The position numbers were made by a program, and so were the translations under genes. Under the pieces are notes generated by a model, which saw only the letters and a list, made by a program, of their open reading frames with translations, was not told where the DNA came from and searched no databases. A DNA stretch of 64,000 nucleotides from an uncultured Holophagaceae bacterium (GTDB lineage: Bacteria > Acidobacteriota > Holophagae > Holophagales > Holophagaceae), in contig CAIOFF010000034.1 in NCBI GenBank assembly GCA_903857495.1, positions 13,467 through 77,466 on the forward strand, in the 5' to 3' direction. Positions 28,701-36,485 of the stretch are shown here, piece by piece; position 1 is the first letter of the stretch; every line of letters starts with the position of its first letter.

Positions 28701-29000
28701 TTCGGAATCATCTGGGGGAACGCCTATCTCAATGCGCGGGGCGATCTGATCATCGAGATCGACGCCGACAAGAACCCGCACCTGCTGGGCACCATCTCCG
28801 CCGAGGGCGGCGCCTCCTTCGGCATGCGGTTCGAGACCTTCTGGCACACCTACAAGATCACGATCTTCAGCGGCAGCATCGCCACCAACCTGGCCTTCCA
28901 GATCCCGGGGAGCCCGACGCTTTCGGGCGCCGTCTCCATCCACTACAGCGTGCTCGGCGGTGCCTTCAGCGGCTCTGTCAGCGCCCACCTGGACCTCTAG
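25758..29000 (+). CDS. Large secreted beta-rich protein of unknown function (about 1080 aa)
   Basis: Signal peptide ...AAPLIP|QV; Gly/Phe/Leu-rich alternating beta pattern throughout; host-like codon usage; ATG 25758 after GAGG. Confidence 0.85.
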   Translation: MGSSRRVISLFATLVIAAPLIPQVPPQVLQALKPVVTKLGEALLKPKMQVESFTLGGFSATRVEPDGDATPEKFSGSALFALPLPLGPQKLEFKNLVLKGAVAEGSLDAALKDFSAAHQGWTYHLTKVALSDKGSRVEGQATLAGLKLDVGPLTLGASGLQGTLPPADLPLAEGAFTAVLVAGEATFSGQGVSLKGNLEVVIEAPVQNGATGEEPKFDGGPVTFDSALLAGTGQVAPSLASGLSLLHKGLTWQVQKLAFGFERGTPQLTGPTQLQFPLQVFCRVGATDQPYLSETMTGSIRGRAPAPAAPAPAGSKAFAVRKTTPTITIAKANLGWEGFSASFTLPAASLHPSGLTAYRLELASGMARVEKGVVDEANTRLTGSLAWGPSFTFRTSFKDAAAALSHGLYVTGSPLKLPAEVGAYRVYTAFTTLVCDFSSTHSPEGLPEAWMGVYLPTFHLSLPIELYTFNSANERLPVLASGKAGRFEGNGAFSGSVGVNLTKLVNLHITPVRLEPFDLHFMEGALLNGPQVKGQMELTAKPLLVDFKAPISFHLTQNGAEQIEITTNTPSGPMAVKTRLVGIDMVMDAARLHPTNMDFTGRFDFDIAGAALPSIAFDHLVMEASGGGIEGSHEDLSLDFKGSRWSSSADRPHVNLWGFPLALGESGYGVQADGRFYVGLGGDMEINPILPSLYNRLLFTTEKEDEGKGIVELEHPYTVDQSVASMGSFNASLGFQVDSADDKVSDAYFLGKGDLKVNLGDTPFGLKAGLRFGRSYLGTTSFPYFYALGHFEAPEGGLPVAPNLEVYGLVGGLAQNFLPDEIRNTTEIKGTPDQSLGMAIMAGVDAGTSDKSTFHGGLDLYISQNLTTILQGKGWLFCGRDKEPADNQVTADLRFTRKPDTFDATFTANLNLYQGLIRPSGEIQLHFGPDKQFVHIGTRETPITARFLNAYDGSGYMTADFEGGGAAFGAGVALSYRKEGDFGIIWGNAYLNARGDLIIEIDADKNPHLLGTISAEGGASFGMRFETFWHTYKITIFSGSIATNLAFQIPGSPTLSGAVSIHYSVLGGAFSGSVSAHLDL

Positions 29001-29009
29001 GGAGCCGCC

Positions 29010-32000
29010 ATGATCCTGCACCGGACCCTCACCCCCCTCGCCCTGTTCCTCCTGGCCGCGCCGCTGCATCCGCAGGTGAAGACCGTCAACCAGACTGCCG
29101 CCCCGGCCCTGACGGCGCAGCCCATGCTGCAGCCCCGGGTGGCCCTGCGCGCCAACCTGCTGCCCGTGGGCAAGACCCAGGGCACCTTCCACCTCACCGG
29201 CCTTGTCCGCAAGGACCGCACTGTCATCCTCCGCTGGGCCAACGACCAGGGCGAGATGCCCACCGAGGGCATCCGCGTGTTCCGCCAGAAGGTCGGTGAC
29301 ACGACCTGGAAGGACCTCACCGGCTCGAAGCCTCTGGGCTTCCTCCAGGGCAAGGCCGCCGAGAAGCGCCTGAAGGCCATGCCCTCTGAGGAGCGGGAGC
29401 GGCTGCTGGCCTATCCCTTCGGCAATGTGCAGCACGATCCCGTCACCAAGCTCCGCGTGCTGGAGCTGCCCCGGCCAGACTCCGCCAAGTCCAGGGACCT
29501 GGCCCCCGCGAGGGCCAAGGATCTCTCCCCCGAGGCCTCGCTCAAGCAGTTCCGGGAGCTGCGCGCCACTGGCCGGCTCAACCGGACCGACCTCCAGCTG
29601 ATGCACGTCCGTGCCGACATGGACCAGGGCATGGCCGAGGTGCTGGGGCTCAGCTATACCGACGACCCCGGCAAGGGGCGCTGGAGCTACAAGATCATCA
29701 TCGCCCTGCCCGAGGGCGGCTCTGTGGAGGTGGTCTCCCCCAAGGTTTACAACACCCTGGAGCCCACCCCCATTCCCCAGCCCCTCAGCCTGTCCGCGGC
29801 GAGTGGCAACGGCGAGGTCCTGCTGAACTGGGACGAGACGCCCTCTGACGCCGTGGCCGGCTACAACGTCTACCGCGCGGAGAGCCCCGGCGGTCCGTGG
29901 CAGCGCCTGAACACCGACCCCGTCAAGAAGGTGGAGCTGGAGCTGGAGGACCCCGAAGTCACCCTGCGCCGGTCCATCGGCATCCAGGCTTCCATGGAGC
30001 GCATGCTGAAGCCCCTCCCCGCGGCGGCACGCACGCCCCAGAAGGTGACGGAGGCCCATCGTCAGGCCCTGGATCGGATCGATCAGCCTGGGGGCCTGCC
30101 GGCCCTGAGCGTGGGCACCTCCAAGTCCATCAAGGACGCCGTATCCGCCGGTCGCCTGCGGCCCGGGGGGCGCCAGGCGCCAAAGGCCATCTTCACTGAC
30201 AGTCGGCACACCGAGGGCAACCTGTTAGTGGATGAGAAGACCTATCACTACAAGGTCACGGCCGTGGATCTGGGCGGCCTCGAACAACCCATGGACACCG
30301 CACCCGTCGTGGCAGGGATTCCGAAGGACCTCGAGCCACCCCTCGTGCCCGGCCGCCCCATGCTCAAGGCCGAAGTCTCGGCACGCACCGACCTGCGCAC
30401 GGCCCAGGCGACCCGGGTCAAGGACACGCGCCTTGTGGCGCTGGATCAGGCCGTCGCCGTCAAGCGCCCCCAGGCCGTTGCACCCATGACCCCCTTCCAG
30501 TTGCAGGCCACCCAGGCCCCCGCTGCGGCCGCTTTTACGCCAAGCGGCCTCTCCCTGGGGGAGGCCAAGGGCATGCAGCTGTCCCGCCTGGCCGCCACCA
30601 TGCCGGTGTCGGCGCTCAAGAAGCTGGGGGAGGCCGCTGTCCTCCACTCCAACTCGGACGGGACCGTTCCACCCGCCAACCTGGCCTGGAGCCCGTCACC
30701 CGACGCCGATCTCAGGGGCTATGAGGTCTACCGCGCCACGGGCACGGGCCCCTTCGCCAAGGTGGCCGACACGATCGCGGCGGAGTGGACGGACACCAGC
30801 CTCGAAGCCGGTGTGGCCTACCGCTATGCGATCTGCTCCGTGGACAAGCTTGGGAACGTGAGCGCCAAGTCCCCGGAAGGGAAGCTCGAGGTGAGCGACA
30901 GCAGCCTGCCGGGCCGCCTCGCCATCGCGCAGCTCACGGGCAAGGTCACCAAGGAGGCTCCCGCGACCCTCGCGTCCCGCAGCTTCCTCCGCCCGGCGGA
31001 CCGGGTGATGGCCAGCGGCAGCCTGCGCGCTGCCAAGGCCCCGATCCAGCTGTCCCGAGCGACCGAGTCCACCGTGACGGACTTCCACGCCACCAAGACT
31101 GTCTCGCCCCTCAAGGCCAAGCCCCAGTTCCAAGCCGCCCCCACCACCAAGGCGACCCTGGCCAAGGAAGTGACGGCGGCGCCCGCCCTGGACCTCTCGG
31201 GGCTCAAGGCCTCCACCTTCATCAAGCCGGCCTTCCGAAGCGTGCCCCGCAGCTTCAACGCCATGCTGGGCACCCTGGTCGCGCCCAAGGAGATCCACGT
31301 CCTGCTGGAGTGGGCCAAGCCCATCCAGGGGCTTCCCGTGGAGTATGTCCTTCAGCAGGCGCCCCAGCGCATGGAAGCGGTGTCGAGCCCGCGACCCACG
31401 GTGGCTTTCCAGCCCGGAATCCAGGGCTTCGGAGCCCTGCGCACGCCGGTCGCCACGGGCGCGCTGGCTCCCGTGGCCGCTCCCTCCGGACCGAGCGCCA
31501 GGCCCAATCTGGCGCCAGTCGCAGCGGCGCCCTCCGCAGGGCTGGTGCTGGCCACTCCGGCCCACCACGCCCTCGCGGCGAAGGGGCTGGTGGCCTCTCA
31601 TGGCGCGGGCCTGAAACTCTCGGAGCTGCGCCGGGATCACCTGACTCTGCTGGTGCTGAAGGACGGGCCGGGCACCTTCACGCGGGTGAACGAGACCCCC
31701 ATCGCCACCGAGCGCTACCTCGTGACCTTCCCCGCGGAAGTGGCTCAGTATGGCGGCGCCACCGTCTACTTCCGGATCCAGACCTTCACCAAGGAGTTCG
31801 GCCGCACTGTGGAAGGCCCCCTCAGCGCTCCCATCGAAGTGCGCCTGCCCGATATCGTCGCGCCACCCAGCCCCACCGTGGGTGCGGTGGACCTCCAGGA
31901 AGGCGCCGGAGCCAGCCTGGACGTGGCCCTCAGCTGGACCCAGGCTCCGGCCCGGGATCTGGTCGGTGTGGTGGTGGACCGCCAGCCCATGTCCTACACC

Positions 32001-32456
32001 CTCGTGGACGGCGAGGCCAAGGCGGGCAGCGCCAGCGGCCCGGCGGAGCGGCTCACGCCCACCCCCGTCACCGGCCTCAGCTACCGGGACCCGAAGGCCC
32101 CTACGGGCTTCCAGCGGTACACCCTGCGGGCCGTGGATGGCACCGGCAATCTCAGCGAGGCCCTCGGCGTCATGGATGTGCTGATTCCCGGCGAGCCCAT
32201 CCCCGAGGCCCCCACCCAGCTCGTCCTCGTGGGCAATCGGCTGGCGTGGAAGGCCGCCCCCGGCGCCGCCGGCTACACCATCTGGCGCTCCTTCTCGGGC
32301 CAGGAGGAAGACTACACCTGCATCAGTGGCATCCTTGCGGCCACCGAGAGCAGCTTCATACTCCCTGCGGAGGGCAAGCTCCACCTGCGCGTCGTGGCCC
32401 GCAGCAGCACCGGGATGAACACCACCCCCAGCCAGACCCTGCTGCGGACGCCCTGA
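29010..32456 (+). CDS. Secreted fibronectin type III repeat protein (1148 aa)
   Basis: Signal peptide ...AAPLHP|QV; about 5 FN3-like units (LxW...GYxVYR...Y.Y.V.AVD..G..S). Confidence 0.85.
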   Translation: MILHRTLTPLALFLLAAPLHPQVKTVNQTAAPALTAQPMLQPRVALRANLLPVGKTQGTFHLTGLVRKDRTVILRWANDQGEMPTEGIRVFRQKVGDTTWKDLTGSKPLGFLQGKAAEKRLKAMPSEERERLLAYPFGNVQHDPVTKLRVLELPRPDSAKSRDLAPARAKDLSPEASLKQFRELRATGRLNRTDLQLMHVRADMDQGMAEVLGLSYTDDPGKGRWSYKIIIALPEGGSVEVVSPKVYNTLEPTPIPQPLSLSAASGNGEVLLNWDETPSDAVAGYNVYRAESPGGPWQRLNTDPVKKVELELEDPEVTLRRSIGIQASMERMLKPLPAAARTPQKVTEAHRQALDRIDQPGGLPALSVGTSKSIKDAVSAGRLRPGGRQAPKAIFTDSRHTEGNLLVDEKTYHYKVTAVDLGGLEQPMDTAPVVAGIPKDLEPPLVPGRPMLKAEVSARTDLRTAQATRVKDTRLVALDQAVAVKRPQAVAPMTPFQLQATQAPAAAAFTPSGLSLGEAKGMQLSRLAATMPVSALKKLGEAAVLHSNSDGTVPPANLAWSPSPDADLRGYEVYRATGTGPFAKVADTIAAEWTDTSLEAGVAYRYAICSVDKLGNVSAKSPEGKLEVSDSSLPGRLAIAQLTGKVTKEAPATLASRSFLRPADRVMASGSLRAAKAPIQLSRATESTVTDFHATKTVSPLKAKPQFQAAPTTKATLAKEVTAAPALDLSGLKASTFIKPAFRSVPRSFNAMLGTLVAPKEIHVLLEWAKPIQGLPVEYVLQQAPQRMEAVSSPRPTVAFQPGIQGFGALRTPVATGALAPVAAPSGPSARPNLAPVAAAPSAGLVLATPAHHALAAKGLVASHGAGLKLSELRRDHLTLLVLKDGPGTFTRVNETPIATERYLVTFPAEVAQYGGATVYFRIQTFTKEFGRTVEGPLSAPIEVRLPDIVAPPSPTVGAVDLQEGAGASLDVALSWTQAPARDLVGVVVDRQPMSYTLVDGEAKAGSASGPAERLTPTPVTGLSYRDPKAPTGFQRYTLRAVDGTGNLSEALGVMDVLIPGEPIPEAPTQLVLVGNRLAWKAAPGAAGYTIWRSFSGQEEDYTCISGILAATESSFILPAEGKLHLRVVARSSTGMNTTPSQTLLRTP

Positions 32457-32486
32457 GTCCAACCAGCGCCGCCCGAGGTGAAGGCT

Positions 32487-32891
32487 CTAGCCCTGCTTGG
32501 GCGTCTGCTGCAGCCGCTCGTGCAGGGTGCGGACGGCTTTGAGGATGGGCTGGAGGTCGCTGCTGGTGCGCAGCAGGCGGGGAATGGTGGGCCGCACCTT
32601 GTGGGTGGGCGCGGCGGGCAGCTCGTCGGGGGCCAGGCCCAGGTCCAGGCGCTGGGCCAGGTGCCCGTGGAGGAGCAGCTCGGCGCAGTCGGCGACGGTG
32701 AGGCCCTCGGCCAGCCAGCCCTTGATGCGCTTGAGCCGAGGCAGCTCGTCCACGTGGTAGTAGCGGAGGTTGCCCTTGCTGCGCCGGGGCTTGATGTCGG
32801 GGATGACGTCTTCCCAGTAGCGGAGATCTTTCGGCCCAACACCCACCTGGGCCGCTGCTTCACCGATCTTGAACCACTTGCGCTCGGCCAT
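32487..32891 (-). CDS. MerR-family transcriptional regulator
   Basis: FKIGEAAAQVGV..KDLRYWE...IKPRRSKGNLRYY HTH. Confidence 0.9.
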   Translation of the reverse strand: MAERKWFKIGEAAAQVGVGPKDLRYWEDVIPDIKPRRSKGNLRYYHVDELPRLKRIKGWLAEGLTVADCAELLLHGHLAQRLDLGLAPDELPAAPTHKVRPTIPRLLRTSSDLQPILKAVRTLHERLQQTPKQG

Positions 32892-32895
32892 GGCG

Positions 32896-34275
32896 TCAGC
32901 TCTCCCTGGGCTCGATGCCCAGGGCCTTGAGACGCTTGTAGAGGTTGGAGCGGTCCATGCCCACGCGCTCGGCGACGCGGGTCATGTTGCCGTTCTGGAA
33001 GCGCATCTCCCGCTGCAGGTACTGGGCCTCGAACCAGTCCCGGGCCTCCTTGAGGCTGGTGAACTCGGGGAAGGAGAAGGGATCCTGCTCCTGGAGGTGG
33101 CGGGTGGCCAGGGGGCCCAGGTCCCGGGGGCCCAGCTCGCTGCCGCGGCCCAGGATGACGGCCCGCTCCATGAGGTTCTTCAGCTCGCGCACGTTGCCGG
33201 GCCAGTCGTGGCGCAGCAGCGTGTCCTTGGCCTCGGGGCCCAGGTGCTTCGGCGGCCGGCCGTACTGGTGGCCGATGCGCGAGATGAAGGCCTCGGCCAG
33301 GGGCAGGATGTCCTCGGGGCGCTCGCGCAGCGGGGGAACGCGCAGGGGCACCACGGCGAGCCGGAAGTAGAGGTCCTCGCGGAAGCGACCCCGGGTGATC
33401 TCGCCGGCCAGGTCCTTGTTGGTGGCGGCGATGACGCGCACGTCCACGCCCACGGCGCCGCCGCCGCCCACGGGCTCCACGCGGCCCTCCTGCAGGGCGC
33501 GGAGGACCTTGGCCTGGGTCTTGAGGGACATGTCGCCCACTTCATCGAGGAACAGGGTGCCGCCGTCGGCCTCCCGGAACTTGCCCTTCTGGTCGCGGAT
33601 CGCGCCGGTGAAGGCACCCTTCTGGTGGCCGAACAGTTCGCTCTCGATCAGCTCTTCGGGGATGGCTGCGCAGTTCACCTCCACGAAGGGCGCGTCCTTG
33701 CGGGGGCTCTGCAGGTGGAGGAGGCGGGCCACTTCTTCCTTGCCACTGCCGTTCTCACCCGTGAGCAGCACGCGGCCCTCCGTGGGCGCCACCAGGGTCA
33801 CATCGGCCATGAGCCGCCGCATGGCGGGGCTGTCCGCCAGGAAGAAGCGGCCACCCTCGACCTCGGCGTGCAGGCGCTGGTTCTCCTGCTCCAGCCTGGA
33901 CTGCCGGAGGGCGTTGCCCACCACCAGCAGCAGGCGGTCCAGGTCGATGGGCTTCTCGAGGAAATCGAAGGCCCCCAGCTTGGTGGCCTGCAGGGCGGTG
34001 TCGATGCTGGCGTGACCCGAGATCATGACCACGGGCAGCTCAGGCCGGAGCTGCTTGGCCTGCTTCAGGGTCTCCAGGCCGTCCTGGCCAGGCAGCCACA
34101 CATCCAGCAGCACCAGCTCGATGCCCTCGCCATCCGGGTTGTGCAGCAGGTCGACAGCCTGCTCGCCGCGCTCGGCCTTCACCACCTGGTAGCCCTCGTC
34201 CTTGAGGGCTTCGCCGAGCGACCGCCGGATCCCCGGCTCGTCGTCCACCAGCAGGATGGTCGTGGGAGGGCGCAT
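32896..34275 (-). CDS. Sigma54-dependent response regulator, NtrX/NtrC family
   Basis: VDDE, LLDVWLPG..DG, MISGHA (NtrX-like), GENGSGKE, GAFTGA, LFLDEV, WPGNVREL, Fis HTH. Confidence 0.92.
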   Translation of the reverse strand: MRPPTTILLVDDEPGIRRSLGEALKDEGYQVVKAERGEQAVDLLHNPDGEGIELVLLDVWLPGQDGLETLKQAKQLRPELPVVMISGHASIDTALQATKLGAFDFLEKPIDLDRLLLVVGNALRQSRLEQENQRLHAEVEGGRFFLADSPAMRRLMADVTLVAPTEGRVLLTGENGSGKEEVARLLHLQSPRKDAPFVEVNCAAIPEELIESELFGHQKGAFTGAIRDQKGKFREADGGTLFLDEVGDMSLKTQAKVLRALQEGRVEPVGGGGAVGVDVRVIAATNKDLAGEITRGRFREDLYFRLAVVPLRVPPLRERPEDILPLAEAFISRIGHQYGRPPKHLGPEAKDTLLRHDWPGNVRELKNLMERAVILGRGSELGPRDLGPLATRHLQEQDPFSFPEFTSLKEARDWFEAQYLQREMRFQNGNMTRVAERVGMDRSNLYKRLKALGIEPRES

Positions 34276-34322
34276 GCCTCCATGCTGGGTGCGGGACAAG
34301 CCTTTGTCCAGCAGTGGGTTGT

Positions 34323-34922
34323 CTATAAATCCACCAATGCCTTACTCGCTTCGGCCACCAGGGCCACGGCCAGCTCCGCGGCGCCCAGGTAGTAGGGCTG
34401 CGCGGCCACCTGGGGCAGCTGCTCGGCCACGGCTGCCGTAAAGGGCTCCAGGTGCTCCCGGAGCAGCCGCTGGGCCAGCGCCACGAAGGTGGCCCGGTCG
34501 GCCAGGTCGCCCTCCACCACCTGCCCCAGCAGGTAGCTCAGGCAGGCCAGCTCCAGGCCCAGGTGGTCCGGCGGGGTGGCGAGGTCCTCGTCCACGGCGA
34601 TGTCGGCCTCGTCGTAGATGGCCTGGAGCGGCCCGATGACGGCCGGGGCCATGAGGTGCCCCCGGGCCTGGGCAGACTCGAAGAGGTGCACCGTGTCCGT
34701 GGTCAGGGCGTGCCGGAAGAGGCGGGCGTATTCCACGGGCTGGGCGGCCAGATCGAGCCCGGCGCCGGTCATGCGGGCCAGGGGCGCCAGCAGCTCCGGA
34801 CTGCCGCCCTCGGCCTGCAGCTGCGCGAGGACCTCCCGCAGGTCGTCGCCCAGGTCGGCGTCCGGTTCCAGGAAGACTTCGGCGAGGAGCTGGCTGAGAT
34901 CCGCGAGATAGGCAAGAGACAT
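34323..34922 (-). CDS. TorD/DmsD-family molybdoenzyme chaperone
   Basis: EYARLF, PPDHLGLEL, EHL motifs; last gene of a molybdoenzyme operon. Confidence 0.85.
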   Translation of the reverse strand: MSLAYLADLSQLLAEVFLEPDADLGDDLREVLAQLQAEGGSPELLAPLARMTGAGLDLAAQPVEYARLFRHALTTDTVHLFESAQARGHLMAPAVIGPLQAIYDEADIAVDEDLATPPDHLGLELACLSYLLGQVVEGDLADRATFVALAQRLLREHLEPFTAAVAEQLPQVAAQPYYLGAAELAVALVAEASKALVDL

Positions 34923-34931
34923 GGTGTGTCC

Positions 34932-35912
34932 TTAGTGCAGCATCCCCATCTTGTGGAAGCTGCTCACCTGGCCAGCGTAGACGAAGATGTAGCGGAGCAG
35001 GAAGCCGCCCAGGAGGACCAGGCTCGAGGCCACCAGGGCCAGCCTGCGGTCGCCGTGGAAGGCCTTGCCCTTGAAGAGGCTGGGGGCCAGCTCCGAGACC
35101 TCGATGCCCAGGGGCACCAGCAGGCCCAGGCCCATGAAGAAGACCCAGAACACCACGGTGTAGGGGCCGCCGAGGATGAGCCACAGGGCCTGCTTCACGG
35201 CCAGCACCGAGAGCTGCCCGTGGATGAGGTAGGGCAGGATGATGAACAGCTCCAGCACGATGAAGACGATGTCCAGGGTGATGAGGAACTTGGTCTCGTG
35301 GGTCTCGATGGGACTCCGCTTGTCGAGCACCATGGCCAGGAGCAGGGCCGCAGCGCCGCTGGAGAGGGCGGAGAACAGGAACATCTGGGCCACCAGGTTG
35401 GTGTTCCAGAAGGGGCGGGCGGAGACGGCGCCGAGCAGCACGCCGGTGTAGATGCCCACACCGATGGAGAAGGGGAAGCCCACCATGGCGATGACCTTGC
35501 GGTAGGGCGCCAGGTCCACGTTCAGGCGGTGCACCTGCTTCCAGGTCGCAGGGAGCTTCTGGAACAGCTGCTGCCGCCAGGCCTCCGGCAGCCAGGCGTA
35601 GGCGTAGACGAAGGTGATGCCCGTGAACAGCATCAGCAGGTAGGAGCCGATGGACATGGGGCTCTCCCAGCGGAAGTGCGTGAACAGCTTGTAGAACCGG
35701 TACCAGTTGCCCAGGTCGAGGATGAGCAGGGCCGAGCCGATGGCCACGGGCCACGGCGCCAGCAGGGCGCCCATGGCCGCCACGCGGGGGTAGGCGGGCT
35801 GGCCGTCGACCTCCAGGTAGTTGGCGAGGCCCGCGGCGAAGAAGAGGCCGGCGGAGAGGCCGCCCAGGAAGAGGTAGACGACGATCAGGAGACCCCAGTT
35901 GAACTCGTGCAT
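34932..35912 (-). CDS. NrfD/PsrC-family membrane anchor subunit
   Basis: WG..IVVYLFLGGLSAG, LDLG...RF, SPMSIGS, YTGVLL....RPFWN, R..FVY.GQ. Confidence 0.9.
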   Translation of the reverse strand: MHEFNWGLLIVVYLFLGGLSAGLFFAAGLANYLEVDGQPAYPRVAAMGALLAPWPVAIGSALLILDLGNWYRFYKLFTHFRWESPMSIGSYLLMLFTGITFVYAYAWLPEAWRQQLFQKLPATWKQVHRLNVDLAPYRKVIAMVGFPFSIGVGIYTGVLLGAVSARPFWNTNLVAQMFLFSALSSGAAALLLAMVLDKRSPIETHETKFLITLDIVFIVLELFIILPYLIHGQLSVLAVKQALWLILGGPYTVVFWVFFMGLGLLVPLGIEVSELAPSLFKGKAFHGDRRLALVASSLVLLGGFLLRYIFVYAGQVSSFHKMGMLH

Positions 35913-35921
35913 GGCTTCCTC

Positions 35922-36473
35922 CTACAGCAGGTAATAGAGTTGGGGGCCGTTGCCCGTCTGGGGTTCCTTCACGCGGTAGCGCCGCGTGGCGAGCAGCTCG
36001 TGGACCCGGCTGGTGGGGTCCTCCAGGTCGCCGAAGACGCGCACCTTCGAGGGGCAGGTCTCCACGCAGGCGGGCAGGTCGCCCTTGTCCACGCGGTGGC
36101 TGCAGAGGGTGCACTTGTGGACCGTGCCGCTCTCCTCATGGAAGTAGCGGGCGTCATAGGGGCAGGCCACCATGCAGTAGCGGCAGCCGATGCAGTCGTC
36201 ATAGTTCACGAGCACGACGCCGTCCTTGCGCATCCAGGTGGCGCCGGTGGGACAGACCCGGGCGCAGGAGGGATGCTCGCAGTGGTGGCACTGCTCCGGC
36301 TCGAAGTCGATGCGGAGCTTGGGATACTCGCCCTGCCGCGCCTCGTTGATCCAGTTCCGGGTGTTGCCCACGGGGACCTGGTTCTCGGCCTTGCAAGCGA
36401 CGGCGCAGGCTTTGCAGTTGATGCACTTCCTGGAGTCGAGGACGAGGGCGTAACGCTTCTTCTTCATGGCCAT
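35922..36473 (-). CDS. PsrB/NrfC-type 4x[4Fe-4S] electron-transfer subunit
   Basis: CINCKAC..AC, CHHC.HPSC..VCP, CIGCRYC..ACP, CTLC...CVETCP. Confidence 0.93.
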   Translation of the reverse strand: MAMKKKRYALVLDSRKCINCKACAVACKAENQVPVGNTRNWINEARQGEYPKLRIDFEPEQCHHCEHPSCARVCPTGATWMRKDGVVLVNYDDCIGCRYCMVACPYDARYFHEESGTVHKCTLCSHRVDKGDLPACVETCPSKVRVFGDLEDPTSRVHELLATRRYRVKEPQTGNGPQLYYLL

Positions 36474-36485
36474 GGCTCATCCTCC

